A stretch of 48,053 nt of DNA from a virus, in the IMG/VR virus record IMGVR_UViG_3300005056_000004; one strand, 5' to 3'. The notes under the pieces are model-generated. The model was not told the origin of the DNA and did no database searches. It saw nothing but the letters and a program-made list of their open reading frames with translations. Shown here in pieces: positions 1 through 8,796 of the stretch (positions within the stretch are counted from its first letter, which is position 1; every line of letters starts with the position of its first letter). The translations under genes and the position numbers were made by a program.

Positions 1-99
1 AAACAAGAGCAGATAGATATGAGCGTTTTACAACAAGACACAGAAGTTAAAAAAGCTTTAGACATAGCAAGCTCAACAGCGGTTCGTGATGCTCAGTCA
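1..99. repeat. Terminal overlap, left copy (identical to 47955-48053)
   Basis: Base-by-base identity from aaacaagagcagatagatatgagcg to gtgatgctcagtca at both window ends. Confidence 0.95.
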
Positions 100-594
100 A
101 AAGAAGCTGCTTTAAATAAGATAGTTGAGCGAAGTGTTTTAAATCAAAAAGAGCTATCAGAAAAAATAAAAAATGGTATAGTTTCTATAGAATACACTTA
201 CACAGACTCTCTTGGTGTTGTAAATAAAACAAACGATTATACTATAGCAGTAGTAAACGCTATAGGTACTATAACAAGTGCTATTACAACAAGCAATACT
301 GCCCCATCAATTTATCAACAACAGGCTGAAAAAATAGCTAAAGATACTCTTTTTGTTGAAGAGCAAACGAAGCAGTTAGGCTACTCTGTAATATATAACA
401 ACAGACTAAAAACTCTTGAAAATTATAGTGATACTATAGGAAATTTAGGTATTGGTGGTTTTGTTGTGAGTGCAAGCATGTGGACAACATACTTTGATAT
501 GATTAATAGAAACTACTCTTCTATAGTCGGTACATATAGCCCTAGTGATGATGCAACTTTTGCTGTTTCAGCTACAATATTAGATAAGGCATAG
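1..594 (+). CDS. C-terminal part of the wrap-around structural gene (function unknown, tail/fibre neighbourhood)
   Basis: Same frame as 47664-48053. An internal TAVRDAQS motif is repeated. It lies between two fibre-like genes. Confidence 0.65.
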   Translation, partial: KQEQIDMSVLQQDTEVKKALDIASSTAVRDAQSKEAALNKIVERSVLNQKELSEKIKNGIVSIEYTYTDSLGVVNKTNDYTIAVVNAIGTITSAITTSNTAPSIYQQQAEKIAKDTLFVEEQTKQLGYSVIYNNRLKTLENYSDTIGNLGIGGFVVSASMWTTYFDMINRNYSSIVGTYSPSDDATFAVSATILDKA

Positions 595-599
595 AGATT

Positions 600-1724
600 A
601 TGTCTGGTAATGTTGTTTATGATGGTGGAGGTGGAGGCAATATAGGAGGAGGTTCAGGTGGTTCGTATGGAGATGCAGGAAGAGGTGGAACAGTCGATTC
701 GGATAAGTTTGAGTATCTATCTCCTTCAGATATAACAAACAATAGTATACAGGACCGTATTTCAAATATACCAAACACAGCAAAACCAACAACTGTTTCT
801 CTCCCAAACGAGATATATATAGGTAATGCAAGCGACATTATAAATATTTATGGAACCGATTTATCAAATATTGAGAATCCTTTTCCTGCATATCTAACAG
901 GATATACAGAAAGCACAAAAACTGGAATCACTGCTGATGGGATAAGCTTTACATACACTTTATATACCCCAACGTATGAATACTCAGATGCTTACAATGA
1001 ATTTAACACAGCACTTCAAGATGCGAAAGATGAGATACGAAAGAATGATAATAAATCTAAAGGGGAAAAAGAGAAAAGAGATAATGACAACTGGGATATA
1101 GAATTTAATTTCATTTACATTTCCTCTGATCCATATATTAGATTACAAAACAACTACAACCTTATCCCAAGTGCTCAATTAGTTCAGAGTAGTATAGATG
1201 GAAGTATATATGACTGGTTTGCTGGGGGCACTAAGTACGATGCACCTCGTGCCGGTAATGCTCTATTTAATGAAACAGGCGACTTAAATACTGTTGTGTT
1301 CCTTGGATTACAAGACAAAAATTACAATAAACAACTAAAAAACAGATTAATAAATCAAGCAGAAGTTTATAGGATGTTAGAAGTAACGGCTGGTGCTTCT
1401 GTAAATAATGATAGCATCTTCACAAGACTAGCTCAAGTGCAAAGGGCAACTGCTCCAAGCGGTGCTATAACAATATCAGAATATGAGAGAGGTAAAGGAG
1501 GTCTTTTTGCAACTCCTAACTATACAAAGTCCGTTGATACAGATGCTCTGACACTAGCTAAGATAAGAGAAGGAGAAAATAATAATTTTGGAGACTTCTT
1601 ATTAGATGTTGTAGATATTGTTGGAGATGACCAATTTACAACATCTGTAAAAGATGTTGCTGACAATGCAGGAAGCTCTATTTCAGATGGGTGGAAAGGT
1701 GTAGGAGACTTCATTGGCTTTTAG
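600..1724 (+). CDS. Virion or tail-associated protein with a glycine-rich N-terminus, function unknown
   Basis: 374-aa ORF starting 3 nt after the upstream stop. N-terminus is GGGGGNIGGGSGGSYGDAGRGG. It sits in the structural block. Confidence 0.55.
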   Translation: MSGNVVYDGGGGGNIGGGSGGSYGDAGRGGTVDSDKFEYLSPSDITNNSIQDRISNIPNTAKPTTVSLPNEIYIGNASDIINIYGTDLSNIENPFPAYLTGYTESTKTGITADGISFTYTLYTPTYEYSDAYNEFNTALQDAKDEIRKNDNKSKGEKEKRDNDNWDIEFNFIYISSDPYIRLQNNYNLIPSAQLVQSSIDGSIYDWFAGGTKYDAPRAGNALFNETGDLNTVVFLGLQDKNYNKQLKNRLINQAEVYRMLEVTAGASVNNDSIFTRLAQVQRATAPSGAITISEYERGKGGLFATPNYTKSVDTDALTLAKIREGENNNFGDFLLDVVDIVGDDQFTTSVKDVADNAGSSISDGWKGVGDFIGF

Positions 1725-1798
1725 TAATCCAGAAATCTCTCATACCTTTTCTACTATGCAAAGAGCCAAAAACTTCTCAGTAATTTAACTAGAAATCA

Positions 1799-1838
1799 TA
1801 AACATTATAAATCCACATACCACTTACATGCTTTTTTA
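1799..1838 (+). promoter_or_regulatory. Conserved operon-leader box, copy A (core CACATACCACTTA at 1814-1826)
   Basis: 39/40 nt identical to 40341-40380. The core also occurs at 8733-8745 and, on the minus strand, at 30041-30053. A TATAAT-like hexamer lies at 1852-1857 and the start codon is 53 nt after the core. Confidence 0.5.
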
Positions 1839-1879
1839 GGACTAGAATACTTATAATAATTTAAGATTAAAGGACACAA

Positions 1880-2641
1880 ATGGGAAATGAAAAAAAAGAG
1901 GGTGTAGTGAAACAGCTTGAAGATATGTTAGGTCTTGGTGAAGATACATCTACTGTAGATAATGTACAAACTAAAGAAGCGACTCCTAAAGATGGCGAAG
2001 CATCTAAAGAAGATACTTCTAAAGATACTCTAGCACAAACTCCAAACACTACAGTTGTGACAGATGAACAAGTGCTCATCACAAAAGATATAGCAAAGAT
2101 AGACTTGCAGATAGAAGCACTAGAATCTGAAACTGTAGATACTGATAAATTCTTTGAAAACATCGAAGAGAACTTAAGTGAAGAGGAGCAGACACTAGAA
2201 CATAGTGATAGACCTGCATATATGAAACTCATCAACACTAAGGCAAAAGAGTACGAAGAGAGCAACTCAAATGCTCAAGCAATTCAAACACTTAAAAATG
2301 AGAAGCAGGAGAAAGAGTCTGTTTATGAGAGACAGAGTGCTATCACGGAAGTTATAGCAAAGTACCCATCTTATAAACATGAAGATGTTTTAGAGTTCTT
2401 TCAAAAAGAGCTATCTGAAACACAACAACAAAAGATAATTGACTCTTCTTCCTCTTATTCTGATGTTTACGAGGGTGCATACAAGAAGTTTTTAGAATTA
2501 AACCCATCAAACATTGAAACACAAGCTGTTACACATTTACCAAATATGAATAATATCAGAAAACAACTGTTAAAAACTTCTGATGTTGAGGACTCACTTC
2601 AAGATGATGATGATAAAATTCGAGAAGCTTTAGGGCTTTAA
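1880..2641 (+). CDS. Acidic, coiled-coil-like protein, putative scaffolding protein
   Basis: 253 aa, rich in E/D/K/T, lying upstream of the major capsid gene. AAAGGA-type RBS upstream. Confidence 0.45.
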   Translation: MGNEKKEGVVKQLEDMLGLGEDTSTVDNVQTKEATPKDGEASKEDTSKDTLAQTPNTTVVTDEQVLITKDIAKIDLQIEALESETVDTDKFFENIEENLSEEEQTLEHSDRPAYMKLINTKAKEYEESNSNAQAIQTLKNEKQEKESVYERQSAITEVIAKYPSYKHEDVLEFFQKELSETQQQKIIDSSSSYSDVYEGAYKKFLELNPSNIETQAVTHLPNMNNIRKQLLKTSDVEDSLQDDDDKIREALGL

Positions 2642-2660
2642 ATAAAACCAAGGAAAATAA

Positions 2661-2891
2661 ATGAGTGAAAATGAAGAAAATGAAGAAAATGAACCAAATG
2701 AAGTACCAAAGAAGAGAGATGAGTGGGAAATAAAAGAAGATTTAAGAGCTGTTAAGAGAGCTTTAAAAATATTTTCAGATAAAGAGAGACTCGAAGATGT
2801 TCAAGACTTAATCAGAGCAAACAAGAAAGTGGGTGATTCACTAGATGCTGTAGCTGATGGTGATATGCAAAAAGCACTCGGTTTTATGTAG
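2661..2891 (+). CDS. Small acidic protein, function unknown
   Basis: 76-aa ORF with an AAGGAAA RBS. N-terminus is SENEENEENEPNE. Confidence 0.5.
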   Translation: MSENEENEENEPNEVPKKRDEWEIKEDLRAVKRALKIFSDKERLEDVQDLIRANKKVGDSLDAVADGDMQKALGFM

Positions 2892-2897
2892 CTTTAA

Positions 2898-2919
2898 AAA
2901 GTAGGTTAGCCCCTACTTT
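2898..2919 (+). terminator. Hairpin after gene 2661-2891 (8-bp stem aaagtagg/cctacttt, 6-nt loop)
   Basis: The inverted repeat is read directly and begins 7 nt after the stop codon. The downstream T-run is only 3 nt, so it is a weak or partial terminator at best. Confidence 0.35.
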
Positions 2920-3052
2920 GAGTTAGGTAGCAATTTTAAAGAGAGCCTTACCCCTATTTGTGTCGCTCTTTAAGATGTGCTATCTACCTTAGGGTATAGG
3001 CAAAAGAAAAAAAATGTTTCACGACATATAAACTAAAAACAAAGGAATACGA

Positions 3053-4210
3053 ATGAGTGTATTTAATGGAATGTCTGCAACGGATTTTTTATCTGATGCT
3101 GCTACAAAAGTAGGTTATTCAAAAGAGATAACAAAACAGGCAATGGCAAAGAGTAAAATCAAGCCATTTATAGCAAGAAGTACTAACGATATGACTTCTA
3201 TCATTAAGTCACATACAAAGACTTGTGAACAAGGCAACATAGTTTCTATTGCTCTTGCAGATGAACTTGTAGAGTCTGGTGCTACTGGTAATGTAACTCT
3301 TGACGCGAGTAGTGAAGAGCTTAAAGAGATTAAGCAATTTATCAAAGTTGATTCTTATCAGCATACTGTTCCCTCTACTGGAAATGTGGTTACACAAAGA
3401 AGTGCTAATGATTTTAAATCTAAGGCGAAATCTGCACTGACAAACTGGGAAACTAGAAAATTCGATAGAACTTTCTTCCATTTAATGAGTGCTGATTGTA
3501 CGAACATTGTTGCTTGTGGACATCACTTAGATGCTACTACTGCAAAGATAGCGACAGCAGATGTTTTAACAACTTCGGATGTTGAAGAAGCAAAAAGAAG
3601 AGCTGAATTAGGTATTGATGCTAAAGGTAATGGTGTTCCACCTCTCATTCCTATTCATACATCTACAAATGAGAACCTTGGTTACTATGAAGATGTTGAG
3701 TATTTTGTGATGCTTGTTGGGACAAACTCTGCTCGTAACATCAAAACAGACCCTAACTGGGCAGCCGCTCGTAAAGATGCTACCGAGAGAGGAAAAACAA
3801 ATCCTATCTTTACTGGTGCACTCGGGTTCTGGGATGGTGTACTTCTACTTCCAGCTAAAACAGACACAGAGCGAAACTCTGGTATTTTAACTTCTAAGTC
3901 GAACTTCAAAGGTTTTGGTAGTGTTAAGAAGTCTGATCTTTCTATCTATGCTGGTATTTCTGGACAAGAGACAGAAATCAACCTTTTCTTAGGTGCTGGT
4001 GCAGCTCAAATCGTTGTAGATATGGGTATTAGCTACTATGACTATGCAGCTAAAGATGATGTTCGTAGAATGGTTGCGGCAGTTGATAGAGTGTTTGGCA
4101 TGGCAAAGACTAAGTTTAGTGCAAGTGCAAATGATGGAATCCTTCAAGATAGTATCTTTGATGGTAAAGACTATGGTGTTATCGCAGTTGTAGCATCAAC
4201 TGGAAAATAA
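3053..4210 (+). CDS. Major capsid protein (resembles the N4 gp56-type capsid family by recollection)
   Basis: 385 aa with a strong RBS (AAAGGAA) and position after the scaffold-like gene. The segment GNIVSIALADELVESGATGNVTLDASSEELKEIKQFIKVDSYQHTV...QRS...ALTNWETRKFDRTFFHLMS matches my memory of the N4-family capsid signature. Confidence 0.7.
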   Translation: MSVFNGMSATDFLSDAATKVGYSKEITKQAMAKSKIKPFIARSTNDMTSIIKSHTKTCEQGNIVSIALADELVESGATGNVTLDASSEELKEIKQFIKVDSYQHTVPSTGNVVTQRSANDFKSKAKSALTNWETRKFDRTFFHLMSADCTNIVACGHHLDATTAKIATADVLTTSDVEEAKRRAELGIDAKGNGVPPLIPIHTSTNENLGYYEDVEYFVMLVGTNSARNIKTDPNWAAARKDATERGKTNPIFTGALGFWDGVLLLPAKTDTERNSGILTSKSNFKGFGSVKKSDLSIYAGISGQETEINLFLGAGAAQIVVDMGISYYDYAAKDDVRRMVAAVDRVFGMAKTKFSASANDGILQDSIFDGKDYGVIAVVASTGK

Positions 4211-4220
4211 GGAGTAATAG

Positions 4221-4631
4221 ATGGCTATTAAAGTAAAAAGAAAAAATCGTGAAATTAGAGATGGTGGTACTGTTACCGCTATCTTTACAAGTGCAGATGT
4301 TGGCACAACAGTAGACTTTATGGGTATCCCTGAGGGTTTTCGTATAGTAGATGTAAATGTTACAGTTGATACTCTGTTTAATGGAACAGATGGCACTACT
4401 AATGATAACAAGATCAGTGTTGGAATTGAGGGCGATTTAGTCCGCTTTATCCCTGCAACATCGGTAGATGCTGTTAAAGGTATTACTTTTAACAACAGAC
4501 AACTTACTGCTGTAAATTCTATGGCTATTGTCATTGATATTACTGGTAGTGGTAGTGTTGCTGCTACTACAGGTAGTGCTACCGTTACTGTAAGCTATGC
4601 GAAGTTACCTGCATCTAAGCAAGAGTACTAG
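4221..4631 (+). CDS. Small beta-rich structural protein (possible capsid decoration protein)
   Basis: 136-aa ORF 10 nt after the capsid gene with an AAGGAG RBS. Rich in T/V/G/S. Confidence 0.4.
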   Translation: MAIKVKRKNREIRDGGTVTAIFTSADVGTTVDFMGIPEGFRIVDVNVTVDTLFNGTDGTTNDNKISVGIEGDLVRFIPATSVDAVKGITFNNRQLTAVNSMAIVIDITGSGSVAATTGSATVTVSYAKLPASKQEY

Positions 4632-4640
4632 GTCTATATC

Positions 4641-4985
4641 ATGGCTAAAGTACATTTTGCACCAAACAGCGCAATCAAGTATATCGGTTCTAAACATAAG
4701 GAGTTCACTTCCTCCTTAGATAGACCGAAGCCTATGCTTAAAAAAGGTGACATTGTCATAGTTGATAAGAGAACTTCTTTTAATCTTGTAACGAAAGGTT
4801 TTGGAGAGTTTATTGTTGTTGAAGATATTGAGTTTGTTAAGGCTGACACTAAGGCTGTTAAAGAGTTGGAAGATCTTAAAGAACAACTTGCTGCGTTTAA
4901 AAATGAAAATAATAATCTATTTTCTAAAAATGTAGAACTCACTAAATATATCTCTGCACTTCCAAAACTTGTAGAAGAGCAGTAA
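4641..4985 (+). CDS. Structural-module protein, function unknown
   Basis: 114-aa ORF, tightly packed, with a coiled-coil C-terminus. Confidence 0.5.
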   Translation: MAKVHFAPNSAIKYIGSKHKEFTSSLDRPKPMLKKGDIVIVDKRTSFNLVTKGFGEFIVVEDIEFVKADTKAVKELEDLKEQLAAFKNENNNLFSKNVELTKYISALPKLVEEQ

Positions 4986-4987
4986 AC

Positions 4988-5572
4988 ATGAAAGCAATCG
5001 ACTTTATAAATCAAGCTCGTGCAGACTTACAAGAGAAGTCTGAGCAGTGGAACGATTTAGAGATGTTGGTAAAATTGCAAAGAAGCTATGTTTCTTTGCA
5101 AGTTGATTTACCCTGTTTTATCACTAAGCAAACATTAGAGATAACAGAGGGTAAAGATGAATATTATCTTGACTTTATTGCTGTTAAAAATGTCTCACTA
5201 TTTGTAGAGAATGCGAAGTTTAAGTATGTGGGTGAAGAGTACTTTTACTCAAACAGACTCACAAATAGTTATATGTTTACTCAAGACATAGTCAAACTCT
5301 CCATGCCTAAAAAGAGTGCTAGTGCAGAGATAGTTTACAAGTACCAAAAGGAGCTTCATACTCTCAACTGCGAGATAGAACTTCCTGTAGAGTACCACAA
5401 GGCTTTGAGATACTTACTTATGAGCGAAGTGCATGAGAAGCCAACACGAAACACAAAAGATAGAAATCTAAATACGCACTACTTGAAACTCTATGACAAA
5501 GAACTTTTTAAAATAAAGTCTAAAAACTCACTCAGAGTTACAAGCACTACATCAAAATATCAAAAGGTTTAA
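4988..5572 (+). CDS. Structural-module protein (possible head-tail adaptor), function unknown
   Basis: 194-aa ORF starting 2 nt after the upstream stop. Confidence 0.45.
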   Translation: MKAIDFINQARADLQEKSEQWNDLEMLVKLQRSYVSLQVDLPCFITKQTLEITEGKDEYYLDFIAVKNVSLFVENAKFKYVGEEYFYSNRLTNSYMFTQDIVKLSMPKKSASAEIVYKYQKELHTLNCEIELPVEYHKALRYLLMSEVHEKPTRNTKDRNLNTHYLKLYDKELFKIKSKNSLRVTSTTSKYQKV

Positions 5573-5575
5573 GTT

Positions 5576-5854
5576 ATGGCATGGAATAGCAAAGATACAG
5601 CACTAGCAATTCAAGGATTAGGTTCATTAGCATCTGCATGGGGTCAATACGAAACAGACACAAAGAGAAACAAGCTTATTAAAGAAGAGATGGACTACAA
5701 GAAGTCTCTTGATGCAAGGGCATTTGCAAAGGCAGATAATGCACAGATAAATCTTGATGATGCTTTTTCAAATTCTGATTTAAACACGAAAAAGAAAAAG
5801 AAAAAGTATGATGCTAGCGGTGCAGAGATAGTTGATACAGCAACAACGGTATAG
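5576..5854 (+). CDS. Small structural-module protein, function unknown
   Basis: 92-aa ORF containing a lysine run (KKKKKK). Confidence 0.45.
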   Translation: MAWNSKDTALAIQGLGSLASAWGQYETDTKRNKLIKEEMDYKKSLDARAFAKADNAQINLDDAFSNSDLNTKKKKKKYDASGAEIVDTATTV

Positions 5855-5863
5855 AGAGTAGTT

Positions 5864-7735
5864 ATGTTTGAAACTACTACACTCCTCCGAGAATGGTTAA
5901 GAGAGTCTGCTCGACATTTTAAAGATACGAAAGCTTTTAGTAAAAAGGCAAGAGACTATAGAAATGGGGAGCAGCTTGATGACTTCATAAAAACAGTTCT
6001 AGCGAATCGTGGACAGCCTGAGCAGTATGAGAACCAGATAGCAAAACATAACAACTCCATACTCGGATATAAAAAAGAGCGAGAGATAGACATAAGACTT
6101 TTTGGTAGACAACAAGCTGATAGAGCCACAGCAAATATGCTCAACTCAATCATAAAAGCCATCACTCAAGTGAGCGACTATGAGAGTGAAGTTGAAGCCC
6201 TTGATGATGAGTTATCACTAGAGGGTGTAGCCATTGCAGAACTTACTATAACTGCTAGTGGAGAGTTTGATGAGTTTGGTAGAGAGCATAAAGACGTGGA
6301 AGTTACACAAGTTCCAGAAAAAGAGATGTTTCTTGACCCATTTTCCCGAGGGAAAAACTACAATAAAGACGCTCGTTATATTAGCAGATGTTTTTGGATA
6401 GATAAAGAGGACCTTTACGGACTAGGCTTTGATGAAAAAAAGATAGAAGAGTGTAGTAACTCAAACTACTTAGCTGACATACTCGATAATGACCTCTATG
6501 CTGATGAGACTATAAGAAAAAGAGTCTTACTCTCTTACACTTGGTATAGAAAGTATGACAAAGTTGCAAAAGAAGAGAAGTTTTACTTTGTGTTTTGGAG
6601 CGGAGAAACTATTTTGATGCAAGGTGAGTCTCCTTTTAACTTCAAAGGTTTTCCTTATGAAGTAGAGTTTTTAAACAGAGACTTTACTGCTAAGATAAAG
6701 TACTGGGGGCTTTATAAAGACATACTCCCTCTACAGGATCACATAAACTATGCGAAGTTGAGAATGCAAAATATGCTTGCAAACAACAAAACGCTTGTAG
6801 AAAAAAATGCAATTATAGACAATGACATAGAAGCTTTTAGAGACGAGTTCTCACCTGATGATGCAATTGTACTGGTAGAGAATCTTAATGGAATAAAAGA
6901 TGTAAGACAAAATGCACAGATACAGCAGATACTAAACATAATAGTCGATAACAGAAATCAGATAAGAGACTTACTAGGCACAAATGATGAGATGCAAGGT
7001 GTAGCTAACAATAGAATGAGCGGTGTAGGACAAGAGCAGAGAATCCAAACAGCACTCGTAGGTCACTCTCATTTTATGGGAAGCAGTGACAAACTTCAAA
7101 AGCGTATCGTCAAGAAAATGGTAAAGTTCATAGAACAGTACTATGACTCTCAAAGAGTTGTGAGCATAATAGACGAAGACTATATGCAGTCCTACATCAC
7201 TATGAACGAGAGTGTGAAGAATGACTATGGAAGTGTAGACTTTGAAGTGCTGGCAAATGGAAAAGTAAAACCAATCGCTAACAATACAATAGCAGTTGGA
7301 AAGTATGATTTAATCTTCTCTGCAAAACCTAAGAGCAAGTCTATGAGTTCTGAGCGACTTAGGCAAAATGTAGAGCTACTAAAAGTGCTTCAAAGTACAA
7401 ACCCTGAACTTGTGCAGTATTTAGTGCCTGACATATTAAGAGATAGTGATTCGCCAAGCGCTTTAAAGATAAGACAAATCATAGAACAAAATGAAGCTAG
7501 TGCTAAGGACTCGCCACAAGCACAGGCTATTCAGAAGTTGCAAGAAGCAAACCAACAGTTAGAGATGAGGCTCAAAGGCTCACAAGTAAATCTCAATGAC
7601 GCTAAGGCTAAATCAATGATAGACAAAAACAAGATAGACCTGCAAAAAGCCTTTAGCACTTCTCTTATAGCTAAAGATGCAAACAGAGCTAAACACAATA
7701 AAAATCAACTAGATGCAATGAAAGGAGTGAGATAA
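5864..7735 (+). CDS. Portal protein (putative)
   Basis: 623 aa is portal-sized. N-terminal ARDYRNGEQL resembles the Y-x-G-x-Q motif common near portal N-termini. Charged coiled C-terminal tail, and it lies immediately upstream of genes for internal or ejected proteins. Confidence 0.6.
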   Translation: MFETTTLLREWLRESARHFKDTKAFSKKARDYRNGEQLDDFIKTVLANRGQPEQYENQIAKHNNSILGYKKEREIDIRLFGRQQADRATANMLNSIIKAITQVSDYESEVEALDDELSLEGVAIAELTITASGEFDEFGREHKDVEVTQVPEKEMFLDPFSRGKNYNKDARYISRCFWIDKEDLYGLGFDEKKIEECSNSNYLADILDNDLYADETIRKRVLLSYTWYRKYDKVAKEEKFYFVFWSGETILMQGESPFNFKGFPYEVEFLNRDFTAKIKYWGLYKDILPLQDHINYAKLRMQNMLANNKTLVEKNAIIDNDIEAFRDEFSPDDAIVLVENLNGIKDVRQNAQIQQILNIIVDNRNQIRDLLGTNDEMQGVANNRMSGVGQEQRIQTALVGHSHFMGSSDKLQKRIVKKMVKFIEQYYDSQRVVSIIDEDYMQSYITMNESVKNDYGSVDFEVLANGKVKPIANNTIAVGKYDLIFSAKPKSKSMSSERLRQNVELLKVLQSTNPELVQYLVPDILRDSDSPSALKIRQIIEQNEASAKDSPQAQAIQKLQEANQQLEMRLKGSQVNLNDAKAKSMIDKNKIDLQKAFSTSLIAKDANRAKHNKNQLDAMKGVR

Positions 7736-8730
7736 TGGGATGGTATGATGCTTTTAAGAGTAATGTTGATTCTACTGCTTCAATAAACAAGATAACAAGT
7801 AATAGTGGGAGTGCAGGAAAATACTTTGGAGATGCCTTTAAAGATTTTGGTAAATCTTTACAAGACTCTGAAAATCAAAAGATAAAAGATGACGTTGCCG
7901 ATGCAAATATAAAAGCATCTCAAGCTCATACCGCTCTGTACACTGCTCAGAACACTCAGGCTGCGATAGATAATGAGTTTAACAATAACAAGAGAAAAGA
8001 CCAGGCAGAGACTAAGAAACTAGATGATGCTTTTAAGAGAGACTTTGCAAGTACAAGTGACATCAACTACCAAAAATCTCTCTTAGAATTCGAGAAGCCA
8101 GATGGTGAGTTTGACTCATCTGTATCAAGCAGTGCATTTGAGTATGCAAGTAAAAAGATAGCAAGTGATGAACTCTCAGCTCAAAAGAACTTTAACGATG
8201 AAGCTGTCAAAGTTTCTGTCGATGGCGGGTATGCTGACTTCTCAGCATTTAAAACTGCAAATGCTGACTCTCAACTTTTTAAAAACACTGATGGCACAAC
8301 TATGAAGTCTATAGAGAAGTATTTTAATGATAAAGACAGTACGCTTAAAGATATAAAAACTCAACAAAAACTTCTTGCTAAAGACAAGCAAATATATGCT
8401 CTTACTAGTTCTAAGAAAAATAAAGGTTTTGTATATGATGAGAATACAGATACAAAAATAGCAACACAGGTAAAGACTGCTATGGGGATGGATGCTCCAA
8501 ACTTTAACTTTGATGACACCACAAAAGTCGAGTATCAAAATGCTGTATCCGGCTCTGCAAAAATATCTAAAAAGTATAATCTTGAACCCTCTTTAGCTAT
8601 TCATGTTTATCAAAATCCAGATATGTATGACTTTACAGCAGATAATAAAGTGATACAGAAAAAGAGTCCAAAAAAGAGTCCAAAAAAGGCAGAGAACAAA
8701 GACCGTCTAAATATATTCAAAAGGTCTTAA
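7735..8730 (+). CDS. Virion-associated protein, function unknown
   Basis: 331-aa ORF whose start overlaps the portal stop (ATAATGG). C-terminal KKSPKKSPKK repeat. Confidence 0.5.
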   Translation: MGWYDAFKSNVDSTASINKITSNSGSAGKYFGDAFKDFGKSLQDSENQKIKDDVADANIKASQAHTALYTAQNTQAAIDNEFNNNKRKDQAETKKLDDAFKRDFASTSDINYQKSLLEFEKPDGEFDSSVSSSAFEYASKKIASDELSAQKNFNDEAVKVSVDGGYADFSAFKTANADSQLFKNTDGTTMKSIEKYFNDKDSTLKDIKTQQKLLAKDKQIYALTSSKKNKGFVYDENTDTKIATQVKTAMGMDAPNFNFDDTTKVEYQNAVSGSAKISKKYNLEPSLAIHVYQNPDMYDFTADNKVIQKKSPKKSPKKAENKDRLNIFKRS

Positions 8731-8745
8731 TCCACATACCACTTA
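8729..8745 (+). promoter_or_regulatory. Conserved operon-leader box, copy C (core 8733-8745)
   Basis: aatCCACATACCACTTAg begins at the stop codon of the upstream gene and ends 51 nt before the start of the giant ORF. Confidence 0.45.
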
Positions 8746-8796
8746 GGGCTTTTATATTAGCTAATATAACTCTTTATAAAATATTAAAGGGTTTAT

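Noticed and set aside
598-838. Minus-strand ORFs 598-831 and 617-838 opposite the start of gene 600-1724.
   Set aside because: They mirror the glycine-rich coding segment (a PPPP/LLLL artefact). They overlap each other and interrupt an otherwise co-directional structural operon.
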